From: Methanobacteriota archaeon
Lineage (GTDB): Archaea > Thermoplasmatota > Poseidoniia > Poseidoniales > Poseidoniaceae
Reading direction: 5' to 3'
Length of the DNA stretch: 62,530 nt
Assembly (NCBI GenBank): GCA_038130705.1
Contig: JAYPOA010000003.1
Coordinates: 1 to 62,530, forward strand
Made by a program: the position numbers and the translations under genes. Under the pieces are notes generated by a model that was given only the letters and a program-made list of their open reading frames with translations, was not told where the DNA came from and made no database searches. The first letter of the stretch is position 1, and every line of letters starts with the position of its first letter. Shown here one piece after another: positions 45,917 to 55,730 of this stretch.

Positions 45917-46888
45917 TTACAAACCAGGTGCAGACTCTAGCCATTTGGCTTCGTCATCATCATCGTCTTCATCAGACCTACGTTTAGCGATTACAGCCGC
46001 TGCAAATCCAAGCATTGCCAACGAAGGAATCAATTCGAAACCTGGCAGGTAAACTCCACGAACATAAATGGTAATCATTTGCGACATAGAGTTACATCCG
46101 CCAGTTTCATACCTACAAGAGAATTCTGAAATCGCTTCGAATTCAAGAGTGTAATATTCGTCAGTCCAACCTTGGTTCTTTGGAGTTCTGACCATGACTC
46201 TGACCTTTTGTGGAGCAGCCATGCCGTCGATTTCAACAGCTACCATTGGTATTGATATTTGGAAACCGCTTTCTTCAAGCTTGTCTCTTGACGCATCAGT
46301 AACTCCGACTTTGAACTTGTCAGCCCAATTTCCTTGGTTGTAAACCTTGAACTCAAAATTGTGGTCTGTCTTTGGAGATAGTTGTAGGAAAGGTTCTGTT
46401 GCTTCTACTTGTAATCTGCTGAATTGAAGAATGTTGATAATCATCTGAACTTGAGACTCGGCAATGTTTGGAGGTGGTGCACCATTCGCTTCCACGACGG
46501 TAGCGGTTACGATTAGGTTTCTACCTGACATTGTCATTCTCTGATCTGCCCTGACCGTGGTCTGGAACTCAGATTCTGCATTAGGTCCGAGAGAAATTGT
46601 TCCCGGCGCAGCTACAACTAGCCCGTCGGCTGATACTTGAATTTGGATTCTTTCAGCGTATGTGTTTGGGTTTGTAACCTTACAATTAGCGAATCCAGTT
46701 AGTGTTGCTCCTGGATAAACAGGTACGTCCACCGCACCACTTGGGTTTGGTGATAAACACTGTAAATCAACCGCAGGAACAGATAACTGGGCCTGTGCAG
46801 GAGTAGCCATCACGAGAATGCTAGCCATGTATACCGCAAGTAAGAACAAAGAACGTCTCAAAGCCTTCATACCTTCACCTATATCCAA
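45917..46888 (-). CDS. secreted two-domain surface protein with PGF-CTERM-like C-terminal anchor
   Basis: Signal peptide MKALRRSLFLLAVYMASILVMATPAQA (probable start ATG 46870). Two beta-sandwich-like halves. C-terminus YLPGFELIPSLAMLGFAAAVIAKRR, followed by an acidic 20-aa extension. Confidence 0.7.
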   Translation of the reverse strand: MDIGEGMKALRRSLFLLAVYMASILVMATPAQAQLSVPAVDLQCLSPNPSGAVDVPVYPGATLTGFANCKVTNPNTYAERIQIQVSADGLVVAAPGTISLGPNAESEFQTTVRADQRMTMSGRNLIVTATVVEANGAPPPNIAESQVQMIINILQFSRLQVEATEPFLQLSPKTDHNFEFKVYNQGNWADKFKVGVTDASRDKLEESGFQISIPMVAVEIDGMAAPQKVRVMVRTPKNQGWTDEYYTLEFEAISEFSCRYETGGCNSMSQMITIYVRGVYLPGFELIPSLAMLGFAAAVIAKRRSDEDDDDDEAKWLESAPGL

Positions 46889-47014
46889 CCCACATTCTCG
46901 ACCCTCATAACCATTTTGGGAACTTGCCTTTACGAAATGGACATCAGTGAGTCTTTCGATTAAACCACATATTGATATGATATCTCTATTTCGGTGAGGC
47001 TAAGAGGAATAGAA

Positions 47015-47461
47015 ATGGACGAGAAAAATCTCATCATTGCAGAAGCACACTGTGACGGACCGTGTGGGGTCTACGACCCTTCAAGCGCACGAATTGCTGG
47101 AGAAGCAGTTCAGTCAATGACTAACAAAATGCTGGCATTAACCTGCCCATCCACAGATGACGGCCCAGCAATGGCGACATACCTGAACACAATGTCAAGA
47201 TATGCGGCCATTAAGGAAGAAGAAGCACAGAAGTGCAAGGATGAACTCCTTGTCCTGTGGACAGACTTTTTCAAGCCACAACACCTTGAGGCTAACCCAA
47301 ACTTACACGATACGTTTTGGAAAGCAGCTAAACTATGCTCAGCATGTAAGGTAGAGGTTTCTGCAGAACACGCACAAGAACTCATGGATGCAATCGAAGA
47401 TATCCACGGAATGTTCTGGGCGACCAAGGGACGTGAAGTTACTTGGATAAGAGCATCATAA
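47015..47461 (+). CDS. sodN: nickel superoxide dismutase precursor
   Basis: Ni-hook HCDGPCGVYDP directly after an 11-aa leader (MDEKNLIIAEA). GAGGA Shine-Dalgarno-like motif about 8 nt before ATG 47015. The ORF track opens earlier, at GTG 46994. Confidence 0.9.
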   Translation: MDEKNLIIAEAHCDGPCGVYDPSSARIAGEAVQSMTNKMLALTCPSTDDGPAMATYLNTMSRYAAIKEEEAQKCKDELLVLWTDFFKPQHLEANPNLHDTFWKAAKLCSACKVEVSAEHAQELMDAIEDIHGMFWATKGREVTWIRAS

Positions 47462-47739
47462 GTGTAAAAATCTCTGGGGATTCAATGTGGCCGTCGTTGC
47501 TAGACGGCGATATAATTGAGTTTACTACAATTACTGACCAAGTAATAAAATTGAATGACATTATTGTATTTAATCACCCTCTCAAGCGTGAAGTTATCTG
47601 TGTAAAGAGAGTGAAGCAAATCTCAGAAAACAGGTATTTTGTCCAAGGAGATAATCCAGACCCTACCTCATCAGAAGATTCTCACAATTTTGGTCTAATC
47701 GATAGAAAAAATATAATCGCTATTTTGCAAAATGAATAG
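47443..47739 (+). CDS. sodX: S26-type signal peptidase-like Ni-SOD maturation protease
   Basis: Ser/Lys dyad contexts ISGDSMWPSL and VKRVKQI, plus GDNPDPTSSEDSHNFGLI. The position immediately after sodN is the classical arrangement. Apparent TTG start overlaps sodN by 19 nt. Confidence 0.8.
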   Translation: MDKSIISVKISGDSMWPSLLDGDIIEFTTITDQVIKLNDIIVFNHPLKREVICVKRVKQISENRYFVQGDNPDPTSSEDSHNFGLIDRKNIIAILQNE

Positions 47740-47747
47740 AGGAAAAA

Positions 47748-47822
47748 GGTGGACCCGGAGGGACTTGAACCCACGACCGCCCGGTTATGAGCCGGGTGCT
47801 CCACCAACTAAGCTACAGGTCC
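47748..47822 (-). tRNA. tRNA with CAU anticodon (elongator Met, or Ile2 if C34 is modified)
   Basis: Reverse complement reads GGACCTG-TA-GCTT-AGTTGGTG-GAGC-A-CCCGG-CTCATAA-CCGGG-CGGTC-GTGGG-TTCAAGT-CCCTC-CGGGTCC-A(CC). This folds as a cloverleaf with a 7-bp acceptor, 4-bp D stem, 5-bp anticodon stem and a T arm with one U-U mismatch. No intron. Confidence 0.85.
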
Positions 47823-47833
47823 GACTTGGCGAG

Positions 47834-49150
47834 TCAACAAGTTGGTAGTCTTGACTGTGACGGTTTAATTACCTCTCTCGCAACGTGCTCGCATTCATCC
47901 CTGACATCCTCCGGAATGAAAATCAGAGCGAGTTCTGATGATAGTACAAGGCTCTGAATTAGAGGAGAATGCTCCACGACATCTCTGCCATCTTCCAAGA
48001 TTATGCCCTGACTGTATGGCTTATACCCTTTCTTCCTGATACTTGAGATAATTATTTCCTCCTCCCCGTATCCTGAATTAGCGATGATTGGCATGATTTT
48101 TTCTATTACCACTGAACTCATTTCTTCAGTCAAATCTGAGATCCTTATCGATTTGTGGTAATCTTTGCGTGATACAAGTTTGTCAGCATATTTTGCTAAT
48201 TCGTCGTCTGTTGATTCAGACCAATCCATCAAGACTGAGTTGATATCAGCATCAGTCAATTTCACGTAATCCTTGACAGATAATTCATCATTGCACAACA
48301 TATTCCAAAGTGAATTACTGAGTTCTAATTTTCCGTCATCGGCGAGTTTTCTCGCTCTGGACAAAACACGAATTAGGTACTCTTGTGTTAACTGATTAAC
48401 TTTGTGAAAGTAGACCTGATTGTACATGTGATATCTTGTTACCAAATAGGCTTCAATCGCAGGCAAACCCCACTTTTTTGCATACAATCTTCCATCCTCA
48501 TTTACCCTTAGCGCTCTGATAACGCGAGATGAATCAAATCCACCTATTTGAGCACCAGTATTCGCCTGGTCTCTAATCATGTAGTCCATCCGATCAACAT
48601 CCAACTGGCTACTGATAATTTCTTTCAGGAATGGAGGAATTTCTTCGCCATTGGATTCAGACTTTCCAGAATACAATGCAAACAATCTTTCTGTTCTGTC
48701 ATCACCTAAGATTTCTCTTAGTACCTTACCAATGTCTGTTTCTGTTGATTCTAGAATCTTTTTTCCCCAGTCCTCATGAGAATGAAATGTAGCAAATACC
48801 TTGTCAGACTCTAAGAGGTGTGAAAATGGCGGGTGTCCGATATCATGAAGTAGAGCCCCTATGGATACTAATTCCGCATCTTCTTTCGAAATAATACCGG
48901 GTTGAACTTCAGATAGATGCTCACATAATTTCCCAGCTAAATGGTATGCACCTAGACTGTGAGAGAACCGATTATGGGTTGCAGCAGGGAATACATAATG
49001 ACAAGTTGCCAATTGTTGTATATTCCTCAACCTTTGAAATTCCTTAGTATCAATTAGTCTGGAGATATGACTTGGGATAAGGATGTCGCGATGAATTTCA
49101 TCTCTAATCACCCTGTCCCTCATGATTGTCCGTTTCGTCTCTATTATCAA
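47834..49150 (-). CDS. HD-domain phosphohydrolase (SAMHD1/dGTPase-like, COG1078-type)
   Basis: RFSHSLGAYHLA and LLHDIGHPPFSH metal-binding motifs. FQRLRNIQQL near the N-terminus. 438 aa. Confidence 0.85.
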   Translation of the reverse strand: MIIETKRTIMRDRVIRDEIHRDILIPSHISRLIDTKEFQRLRNIQQLATCHYVFPAATHNRFSHSLGAYHLAGKLCEHLSEVQPGIISKEDAELVSIGALLHDIGHPPFSHLLESDKVFATFHSHEDWGKKILESTETDIGKVLREILGDDRTERLFALYSGKSESNGEEIPPFLKEIISSQLDVDRMDYMIRDQANTGAQIGGFDSSRVIRALRVNEDGRLYAKKWGLPAIEAYLVTRYHMYNQVYFHKVNQLTQEYLIRVLSRARKLADDGKLELSNSLWNMLCNDELSVKDYVKLTDADINSVLMDWSESTDDELAKYADKLVSRKDYHKSIRISDLTEEMSSVVIEKIMPIIANSGYGEEEIIISSIRKKGYKPYSQGIILEDGRDVVEHSPLIQSLVLSSELALIFIPEDVRDECEHVAREVIKPSQSRLPTC

Positions 49151-49198
49151 GTCCTTTCCCTACAAAAGTGATATTGAATTAGATGATTTGGAAAGTGT

Positions 49199-51010
49199 AT
49201 GAGCGAAGCCACTGGGCCGGTTGAAACGGCCGAGGAGAGCAAAATTGAAACAGATAAAACACAAATGGATATTGATAGTGTTTTCAACAAATACGATGAA
49301 AATTCGGATGGTAAAATTCAGCATAACGAGTATGTTGAAGTTCACGGTTCCGACACAGGAGGCGGGGTTTCTGGAGTTCTTGACCGATTGTTAGATGACA
49401 GTCCCGAATTAAGAGGGCAGAGGCTTTGGGTGATGTTTTCAATATCAATTGTTTTAGTTGCAGCCCTGAATGCATATGCGATGGTCCGTGAACCTGAACT
49501 CGTTGCTATTGAAGACTTAGTTGAGCATTCAAACGAAGTCGTATCGATTAGAGGGAGTGTAGTTTCATGGGTCGAAGACCCATATTCATCGGGTGAAGAC
49601 AGAGTGAATATATTGGTTGAAGATTCGACTGGTGTCGCTCAATTAAGATGGTACAATTTTGCTGAAATTCCGATGCTTGGCACCGTCATAAAGGTGACGG
49701 GGGACGTGATTGTTTACAATGGCAAGATATGGATTCAAGCCATTGGAAGTGGGGCAGTTTCTTGGGATGAAGCAGATGTTCCAGAAGCACCTGAACTAAC
49801 CATTTCAGCAATAGCAAAAGCACCAGAAGACTTCATGGGTGACACTGTAACTGTTTCCGGATACATTTCGAAACCTGTTAACCCTGATTCAACATTCACA
49901 TCTCTAACATTGAGGGACCACCCATCTTACGGGATGCAAGAATATCAAATGAACATGATTATACATTCTGCTCCTGGTCAGTGGCTTGAATCGGGTCAGA
50001 AGGTTGAGGTCACTGCAACATTGGATTACTCAGAGAAATATCTTCAGTGGTCAATGCACGTTCAGGGCCCTGAAATCAGAGTTGTTCGTAGCCATGAACC
50101 AGTTCCAACAAAAATTGGTTGGTCTAATTATCAAACGTGGTCATACAACTCTGGCGCTTTGGTTATCCTTGAAGGGATGATTGATGATGATGAAATAATC
50201 GAGCCTAATGGAGAACTGAGAGCTTGCTTGTTGAATACTCCAGACCTAACTGGATACCAAGGAGATCTTGTTACCTATGGTGGTAGACTTGTTTGGTCTA
50301 CATCTTATGCCGGGTGGTGTGTAGATTCTGCCAGTTCTTCTTCTGTTCAACTTCTTGACATAACTGATGCAGAGAACATCCTTGGATATCTTTCTATGAA
50401 CCCAAAATCTACTCTCGACGAAGTAGACAATAATACGAGATATCTGATTTCAGGCGTAGTTTCTGGCTCTTACCTAATGAGCGAAAGCGGTGATACAAAA
50501 ATAGCCATCGCGGACGCAGTATATCCTAATACATTGACAAAAATGGACGCTTATATTCCAGTCGGACAACATTCAGGATGGCTTGAAGACGGACAAGATA
50601 TCGTCGCTAATGTATCAATTTCATGGAATAGTAACTCAAACGAATTTCAACTTAATGTGCACGAACTTGTCCTAACTGGAGATACGCCTGACCCTAATCC
50701 GTATGATTTAGCAGACGGGGCACCACAATTTTATGACCTGAATAAGATAACCAGTATCGTAGGTAATGTTGTTGAAATTGATGGGGTAACATATCTGCAG
50801 AAGGAAGGCGGTGAGCAAAAGATTGTGATCGATATCGACCCGAGTTCAATAGGTTTGAATTCATTCCATGAAAATTTGACTTTGAAGTGGGTTGGTCGGT
50901 TGATAGAAATGCCGAACGATGTGACCCTTTCCCACTACTACGTCCTCAGCTCAGCCGATGTCATAGACTTGGACGGCAATGGGATTGCGGACGATGCTGA
51001 GGATTTCTGA
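49199..51010 (+). CDS. membrane protein with N- and C-terminal EF-hand loops and about five OB-fold-like modules
   Basis: Canonical 12-residue Ca loops DENSDGKIQHNE (N-terminal) and DLDGNGIADDAE (C-terminal). One TM (LWVMFSISIVLVAALNAYAMV). Repeated pattern like VVSIRGSVVSWVED...ILVEDSTGVAQLRWY...GTVIKVTGDVIVYNGKIWIQA. The OB assignment is inference. Confidence 0.6.
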   Translation: MSEATGPVETAEESKIETDKTQMDIDSVFNKYDENSDGKIQHNEYVEVHGSDTGGGVSGVLDRLLDDSPELRGQRLWVMFSISIVLVAALNAYAMVREPELVAIEDLVEHSNEVVSIRGSVVSWVEDPYSSGEDRVNILVEDSTGVAQLRWYNFAEIPMLGTVIKVTGDVIVYNGKIWIQAIGSGAVSWDEADVPEAPELTISAIAKAPEDFMGDTVTVSGYISKPVNPDSTFTSLTLRDHPSYGMQEYQMNMIIHSAPGQWLESGQKVEVTATLDYSEKYLQWSMHVQGPEIRVVRSHEPVPTKIGWSNYQTWSYNSGALVILEGMIDDDEIIEPNGELRACLLNTPDLTGYQGDLVTYGGRLVWSTSYAGWCVDSASSSSVQLLDITDAENILGYLSMNPKSTLDEVDNNTRYLISGVVSGSYLMSESGDTKIAIADAVYPNTLTKMDAYIPVGQHSGWLEDGQDIVANVSISWNSNSNEFQLNVHELVLTGDTPDPNPYDLADGAPQFYDLNKITSIVGNVVEIDGVTYLQKEGGEQKIVIDIDPSSIGLNSFHENLTLKWVGRLIEMPNDVTLSHYYVLSSADVIDLDGNGIADDAEDF

Positions 51011-51012
51011 AG

Positions 51013-52521
51013 GTGGTAAATATGGAGGCTTTTTTCGCTGAAATGGGATGGATGCTATTCGCATTATTCCTCGGCGTATGCATTGGCTCCCTCACTGGTT
51101 TAATTCCTGGTTTCCACGTAAATAACGTAGCGTTAATTCTTCTTGGAATATCCCCTGCACTATTAGCTATAGGAATCCCACTTTCAGCCGCTGCTGGAAT
51201 CATCGTCTCAACAGGCATAGTTCATACGTTTCTGAATTACATACCATCTGCACTGATAGGTGCTCCCGGCGCAGATACAGCATTGTCGTTACTTCCCGGC
51301 CATAGGATGTTATTATCCGGCAATGCTCCTCGTGGCGTTGCATATTCCGCAAGGGGTAGTCAACTTGGATTATTCCTATCACTACCACTGATTGTTGCTG
51401 CAAGAATTGCATTTGGCCCTGAACTTGGTTTTTATGACCATCTCCGCAGTGCCCTACCATTCGTTCTTTTGTCGATATCCATACTCCTAATCGCAACAGA
51501 AACCACAAGACTTGATTTTCCAGAATGGGTACAGAAGGCAACAGGTGGCAAATTGGGCAATGATTCAAGATTTGCAGGATACATTGCAGCCACATCGTTC
51601 TTCCTTCTTACAGGATTGTATGGCTGGGGCATTTTCAACCTCCCAGTAACCTCACCTGTTGGCATGCCTGGTGCTGGATTACTACTTCCTGCGCTGGGAG
51701 GATTATTCGGTATAGCAAATTTGCTTGACATTTATGCAACCACCTCTGAGATACCGCCTCAGAAGGAAGATTGGGAACTTCCCGCTACTGGGCCACTTGT
51801 TGTTCCATGTTTCCTTTCATCTTGCGCTGGTGCAGCCATGGGAGTTTTGCCAGGAATGACCGCCGCTCAAGCGACGGTTCTGGTCATGGGAGGCAGAAAT
51901 GTTGCGGCTAAGATTCAGGGCAAAGAAGGATATGGGCTTGACTGGGAGACGAGGAAACTAACTGAGATGACCGATGAAGAATTGCTTGCATTGGCTCGTG
52001 CGGAAGCCGCAGGAGAAGGAGAGAGCCCTCACACTAAGCAGGACCTCGAAATCATCGCTCTACTCTCTGCGACAAATACAGCTGTGACGGTTATGGTTCT
52101 TGGTTTCCTATACATCATAGGAAGGTCAAGGTCAGGTGCAACTCTTGCTTTAAAGCAAATGTACCCTATTGACACATGGAGTGGACTTCACCCCACCACT
52201 GATTTCATCAGACTTATCGCAATCACAATTGCTGCCGGCATTATTGCGGTTCCACTCATGAGACATGTAGGAAGAGGGATATTGCAACTTCACGAGGCTG
52301 TACCTCTACAGTCAATGGTGCTTGGAGTAGTTATTTTCATTGTAGTATTGGTGTGGCTCTCCTGTGGCTGGGTTGGCATGATTGTCTTAATTGTTGGAAC
52401 AATCCTTGGACTAATTCCACCAAGAATTGGAATCAGACGCTCTCATGCGATGGGTATTATCATTGTACCAATTATGATCTACACCTTTGCGCAAAAATAC
52501 GATGCTTTTGGATTTTTATGA
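51013..52521 (+). CDS. TctA-like (DUF112) polytopic membrane transporter
   Basis: GSLTGLIPGFHVNNVALILL and IGAPGADTALSLLPGHRMLLSGNAPRGVAYSARGSQLG mirror the TctA GxxxGLLPGlG / PGdaa...LDGypm..G motifs. About 12 hydrophobic helices. Starts 2 nt after the upstream gene. Confidence 0.6.
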   Translation: MVNMEAFFAEMGWMLFALFLGVCIGSLTGLIPGFHVNNVALILLGISPALLAIGIPLSAAAGIIVSTGIVHTFLNYIPSALIGAPGADTALSLLPGHRMLLSGNAPRGVAYSARGSQLGLFLSLPLIVAARIAFGPELGFYDHLRSALPFVLLSISILLIATETTRLDFPEWVQKATGGKLGNDSRFAGYIAATSFFLLTGLYGWGIFNLPVTSPVGMPGAGLLLPALGGLFGIANLLDIYATTSEIPPQKEDWELPATGPLVVPCFLSSCAGAAMGVLPGMTAAQATVLVMGGRNVAAKIQGKEGYGLDWETRKLTEMTDEELLALARAEAAGEGESPHTKQDLEIIALLSATNTAVTVMVLGFLYIIGRSRSGATLALKQMYPIDTWSGLHPTTDFIRLIAITIAAGIIAVPLMRHVGRGILQLHEAVPLQSMVLGVVIFIVVLVWLSCGWVGMIVLIVGTILGLIPPRIGIRRSHAMGIIIVPIMIYTFAQKYDAFGFL

Positions 52522-53193
52522 TCAATCATCCAAAATGATATGCTCATTGTGTAGCGCATAATGCCACAACCCACCCAAACGCAATATGTTGTATGCAGAT
52601 CTATCTACTCTATTGACGATGTTTACCACGTCAAGTCGGGCGGCTTTACCACCCATCGTTTGAGAATCTAGGCTTGATAATGCAACAATGGCTTTCTTTC
52701 TAGCAAGCTTCACATTTGCCCATAGAGCCTTTACTTCATCTTCTGGAACTTCTATAATTTTAATCAAACAAGAACTAATTATGTCGATTAATTTGTCTAA
52801 AGACGAGTGCATCTCAAGAACTGATTCAACGATTACCTCTGGTAATTCATCTGCATTTTCATCAAGAGATCTGTCAGATTTTGCGATATCTCTAGCGTGT
52901 CTAACCAATCTTTCAACAGTATCAACGGCTCTAAGATAGCATGCAACGATTCGCAAATCACCCATCAATGGTTGGTTAATTGCCAAAATTAATAGCAAAT
53001 CATTTGTTAAGTCCCAATTTATTTCTCGAGCTTTTGCCCTTACCTTCTTTACTTCAGAATAAACTTCTGAATCTAACTTTGTAAAAGCATTGATAGCATC
53101 CGAGTAAGCGTTCTTTGCCTCATCAAAATAAATTTGTAATTCATTCCTAATCGTCTTTAGTCTTTCATCTAATCCCGTTCTAATTGGTGGCAT
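52522..53193 (-). CDS. phoU: phosphate transport system regulator PhoU
   Basis: 223 aa. PhoU repeat signature NQPLMGDLRIVACYLRAVDTVERLVRHARDIA. Sits immediately downstream of pstB. Confidence 0.85.
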   Translation of the reverse strand: MPPIRTGLDERLKTIRNELQIYFDEAKNAYSDAINAFTKLDSEVYSEVKKVRAKAREINWDLTNDLLLILAINQPLMGDLRIVACYLRAVDTVERLVRHARDIAKSDRSLDENADELPEVIVESVLEMHSSLDKLIDIISSCLIKIIEVPEDEVKALWANVKLARKKAIVALSSLDSQTMGGKAARLDVVNIVNRVDRSAYNILRLGGLWHYALHNEHIILDD

Positions 53194-53202
53194 TTTTTCA
53201 CC

Positions 53203-54018
53203 TCAACCAAATCTTCCTGTAATGTATCTGTTCGTCAATTCCAAATTTGGATCTGAAAATATCTTGTCGGTTTTTCCGAATTCTACCATCCTTCCAAGAT
53301 ACATAAACCCAGTGTAATCGCTTACTCTTGCAGCTTGTGACATGGAGTGAGTGACTATAACTACCGTGAAATCTTTCTTTAACTCTAAAATTAATTCTTC
53401 AATTGCTGCAGTTGCAATTGGGTCTAAAGCGCTACATGGTTCGTCCATCAGAATAATATCTGGTTCAATAGCGATTGTTCTAGCAATACAAAGTCTTTGT
53501 TGCTGCCCTCCTGAAAGAGAGGTTCCTAAGTCGTGTAATCGGTCTGAAACTTCTGACCATATTGCAGCCCTTTTGAGACTCTTTTCGACAATATTATCCA
53601 ACTCTTCTCTTGTCGGCTTATGGTGTAATTTAACGCCGTATCCAACGTTATCATAAATTGATTTTGGGAAGGGGTTAGGTCTTTGAAACACCATACCAAT
53701 GTTCTTACGAATTTGAACTAAATCAGCATCTTTAGCAGTGATTTCAACATCCCCATGCATGATTTTTCCTTCATAATGACAAATTGGAATTAAATCATTC
53801 ATACGATTAATCGTCCGTAAAAGAGTACTTTTTCCACATCCAGAAGGACCGATTAGGGCTGTGACACAATTCTTTGCAATTGGAAGTGAAATTCCGTACA
53901 ATGCCTGCTTATCAGCATACCAGAGGTCTAAGTCCTCGATCATCAAATCCGTTTTACCATCTATTTCTAGTTCCCTTGTAGAATCAGGAACAATTTCTCC
54001 ACCTATTTCTTCGCTCAT
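53203..54018 (-). CDS. pstB: phosphate ABC transporter ATP-binding protein PstB
   Basis: Walker [23 protein letters not shown] signature [16 protein letters not shown], Walker [13 protein letters not shown]. 4-nt overlap with pstA. Confidence 0.95.
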   Translation of the reverse strand: MSEEIGGEIVPDSTRELEIDGKTDLMIEDLDLWYADKQALYGISLPIAKNCVTALIGPSGCGKSTLLRTINRMNDLIPICHYEGKIMHGDVEITAKDADLVQIRKNIGMVFQRPNPFPKSIYDNVGYGVKLHHKPTREELDNIVEKSLKRAAIWSEVSDRLHDLGTSLSGGQQQRLCIARTIAIEPDIILMDEPCSALDPIATAAIEELILELKKDFTVVIVTHSMSQAARVSDYTGFMYLGRMVEFGKTDKIFSDPNLELTNRYITGRFG

Positions 54019-55730
54019 GAGTTTAGCCTCTTTCTGAAATGTTGTCTTAATACGATTGCAATACTATTCATTGCAATTAGAAGTACGATTAGTGCAATAC
54101 TTGCGGCAGCCGCCATCGAATGCCAAGAGTGCCCTGGTTCAGAGGTCCAGAAATATATCTGAAGTGGAATTACTGTGTAGTCTGCGTTACCTCCGAAAAT
54201 TGCAGCAAGAGGTTCTGGGTCAAAGTACATCACTGTAGCAGCGCCAACTACCATCAATGGTGCGGCTTCGCCCATAATTCTACTCATTGCAAGAATGCTT
54301 CCAGTCATCATACCAGGCATTGCTGATGGCAAAACGTGGTCTTTTGTTACTTCCCACTTTGTGCAACCGACTCCGTAGGCAGATTCTCTCAAAGACCTTG
54401 GAACACTTCTAAGCGCCTCTTGGCCTGCTAAAACAATAATCGGCATCGCCATGACACCCATCGTCAATCCGGCAGCTAATACTGAAGGACCAAGCCCCCA
54501 TCCAATACCTCCTTGTTTTACAAATATGGCCAATCCAAACATACCAAAAACAATCGAAGGGACACCGGCAAGGTTAGTTACCAATGCTTGAATTAGTTTC
54601 GTCATTCTTGTGGGAGAAGCATATTCTTCCAAATAAATCGCCGCGCCGATTGAAATAGGGATTGAAACTATCATAGCTATCGACATGACATATATTGTAC
54701 CGTAAAATGCGGCTCTAATACCTGATGAATACGGCAAAAATATATCTTGATATCTCTCAGTTAAGAATGGTATATCTATTGAAATTGGGATGAATAGGGT
54801 AGAGGCGACCAGCGCTAACCTTGACCACATCAGCAAACCATCCCTGTTACTAATTGAGTGCTTTAGCCTAGATGTTTCGCTCAATTCACGTCCTATGCTC
54901 ATCATCCGTTCTATACCCTGAAGCATTCTAAGTATGAGTATTGCAGATAATATCCATGCTAACGCACCAAAAAAAGAGGATACATTTAGGCCACCTGCTA
55001 ATACAATTGTCAAAACTGCGATAACATATAGTGAATATTTTAACATCGTTTCTTTACCGATTAATTTACTGAATTTTATTAAAACATTCTCAGAAGGATA
55101 ACTGTAAATTATGACCATAGAAAACATCAACAGATAGCCAATAAGTTCGAGAATTTTGAAAACCGGCTCCCCATCCGCAAATAGAACATTGATTTCGTAT
55201 GAAATCACAAATGTGTCAACAAGCGGATAACCTGTTTCATCAGCAGCTGGAACTGGACCAGAGATTTGCTCTACTGAGACTGGGACATTTATTGTTGAAA
55301 TTATGTAAAAACTGGTCTTTTTCCCAACAACAACTGAATTCTTATCAATTCCCTGTTCTGTTATGTTGAAGCTATTTGTGAGATACCTCTCATCTGTAAC
55401 ATCTATGGAAACCTCTTCAGAGTATTTTTTGCCATTATACTCCCATGATAATTTAATTATAACTGGTTCGGAAACATCATTTCCATTTTCGTCAACGGTC
55501 GGGTTTGACCATTTCATAACATGTTCAGATTCCGGGATAAATTCAGTTGCTGGTTCGATTTCTCCAACTTCGCCGTCAATCACCGTAGGCGCAGCTATTT
55601 GCCATACCAAAACTCCTAGAAATAAGAGGCCGATTAGTCCCGCTCCGGCTAATCCAGTTGAACCTATTTTTTCGTTAAATTCCCTAAGACCTCTGCTCTT
55701 TTTCTTCAAGGAGTCAATATCTTTCATCAA
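54015..55730 (-). CDS. pstA: phosphate ABC transporter permease PstA (long form with N-terminal extracytoplasmic insert)
   Basis: Conserved core [32 protein letters not shown]...[10 protein letters not shown]. 571 aa, with an insert of about 170 aa after TM1. 4-nt overlap with pstC. Confidence 0.9.
   Translation of the reverse strand: MMKDIDSLKKKSRGLREFNEKIGSTGLAGAGLIGLLFLGVLVWQIAAPTVIDGEVGEIEPATEFIPESEHVMKWSNPTVDENGNDVSEPVIIKLSWEYNGKKYSEEVSIDVTDERYLTNSFNITEQGIDKNSVVVGKKTSFYIISTINVPVSVEQISGPVPAADETGYPLVDTFVISYEINVLFADGEPVFKILELIGYLLMFSMVIIYSYPSENVLIKFSKLIGKETMLKYSLYVIAVLTIVLAGGLNVSSFFGALAWILSAILILRMLQGIERMMSIGRELSETSRLKHSISNRDGLLMWSRLALVASTLFIPISIDIPFLTERYQDIFLPYSSGIRAAFYGTIYVMSIAMIVSIPISIGAAIYLEEYASPTRMTKLIQALVTNLAGVPSIVFGMFGLAIFVKQGGIGWGLGPSVLAAGLTMGVMAMPIIVLAGQEALRSVPRSLRESAYGVGCTKWEVTKDHVLPSAMPGMMTGSILAMSRIMGEAAPLMVVGAATVMYFDPEPLAAIFGGNADYTVIPLQIYFWTSEPGHSWHSMAAAASIALIVLLIAMNSIAIVLRQHFRKRLNS

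Noticed and set aside
47748-47822. tRNA-Met(CAU) as an integration hotspot or a pseudogene, given one U-U mismatch in the T stem.
   Set aside because: I saw no integrase, direct repeat of the tRNA 3' end or compositional break nearby. A single mismatch in an otherwise canonical cloverleaf does not justify a pseudogene call.
47834-49150. HD-domain dNTPase-like protein as a dNTP-depletion defence gene next to a tRNA.
   Set aside because: COG1078-type HD proteins are common housekeeping genes in archaea. There are no neighbouring defence genes, integrase or island boundaries.
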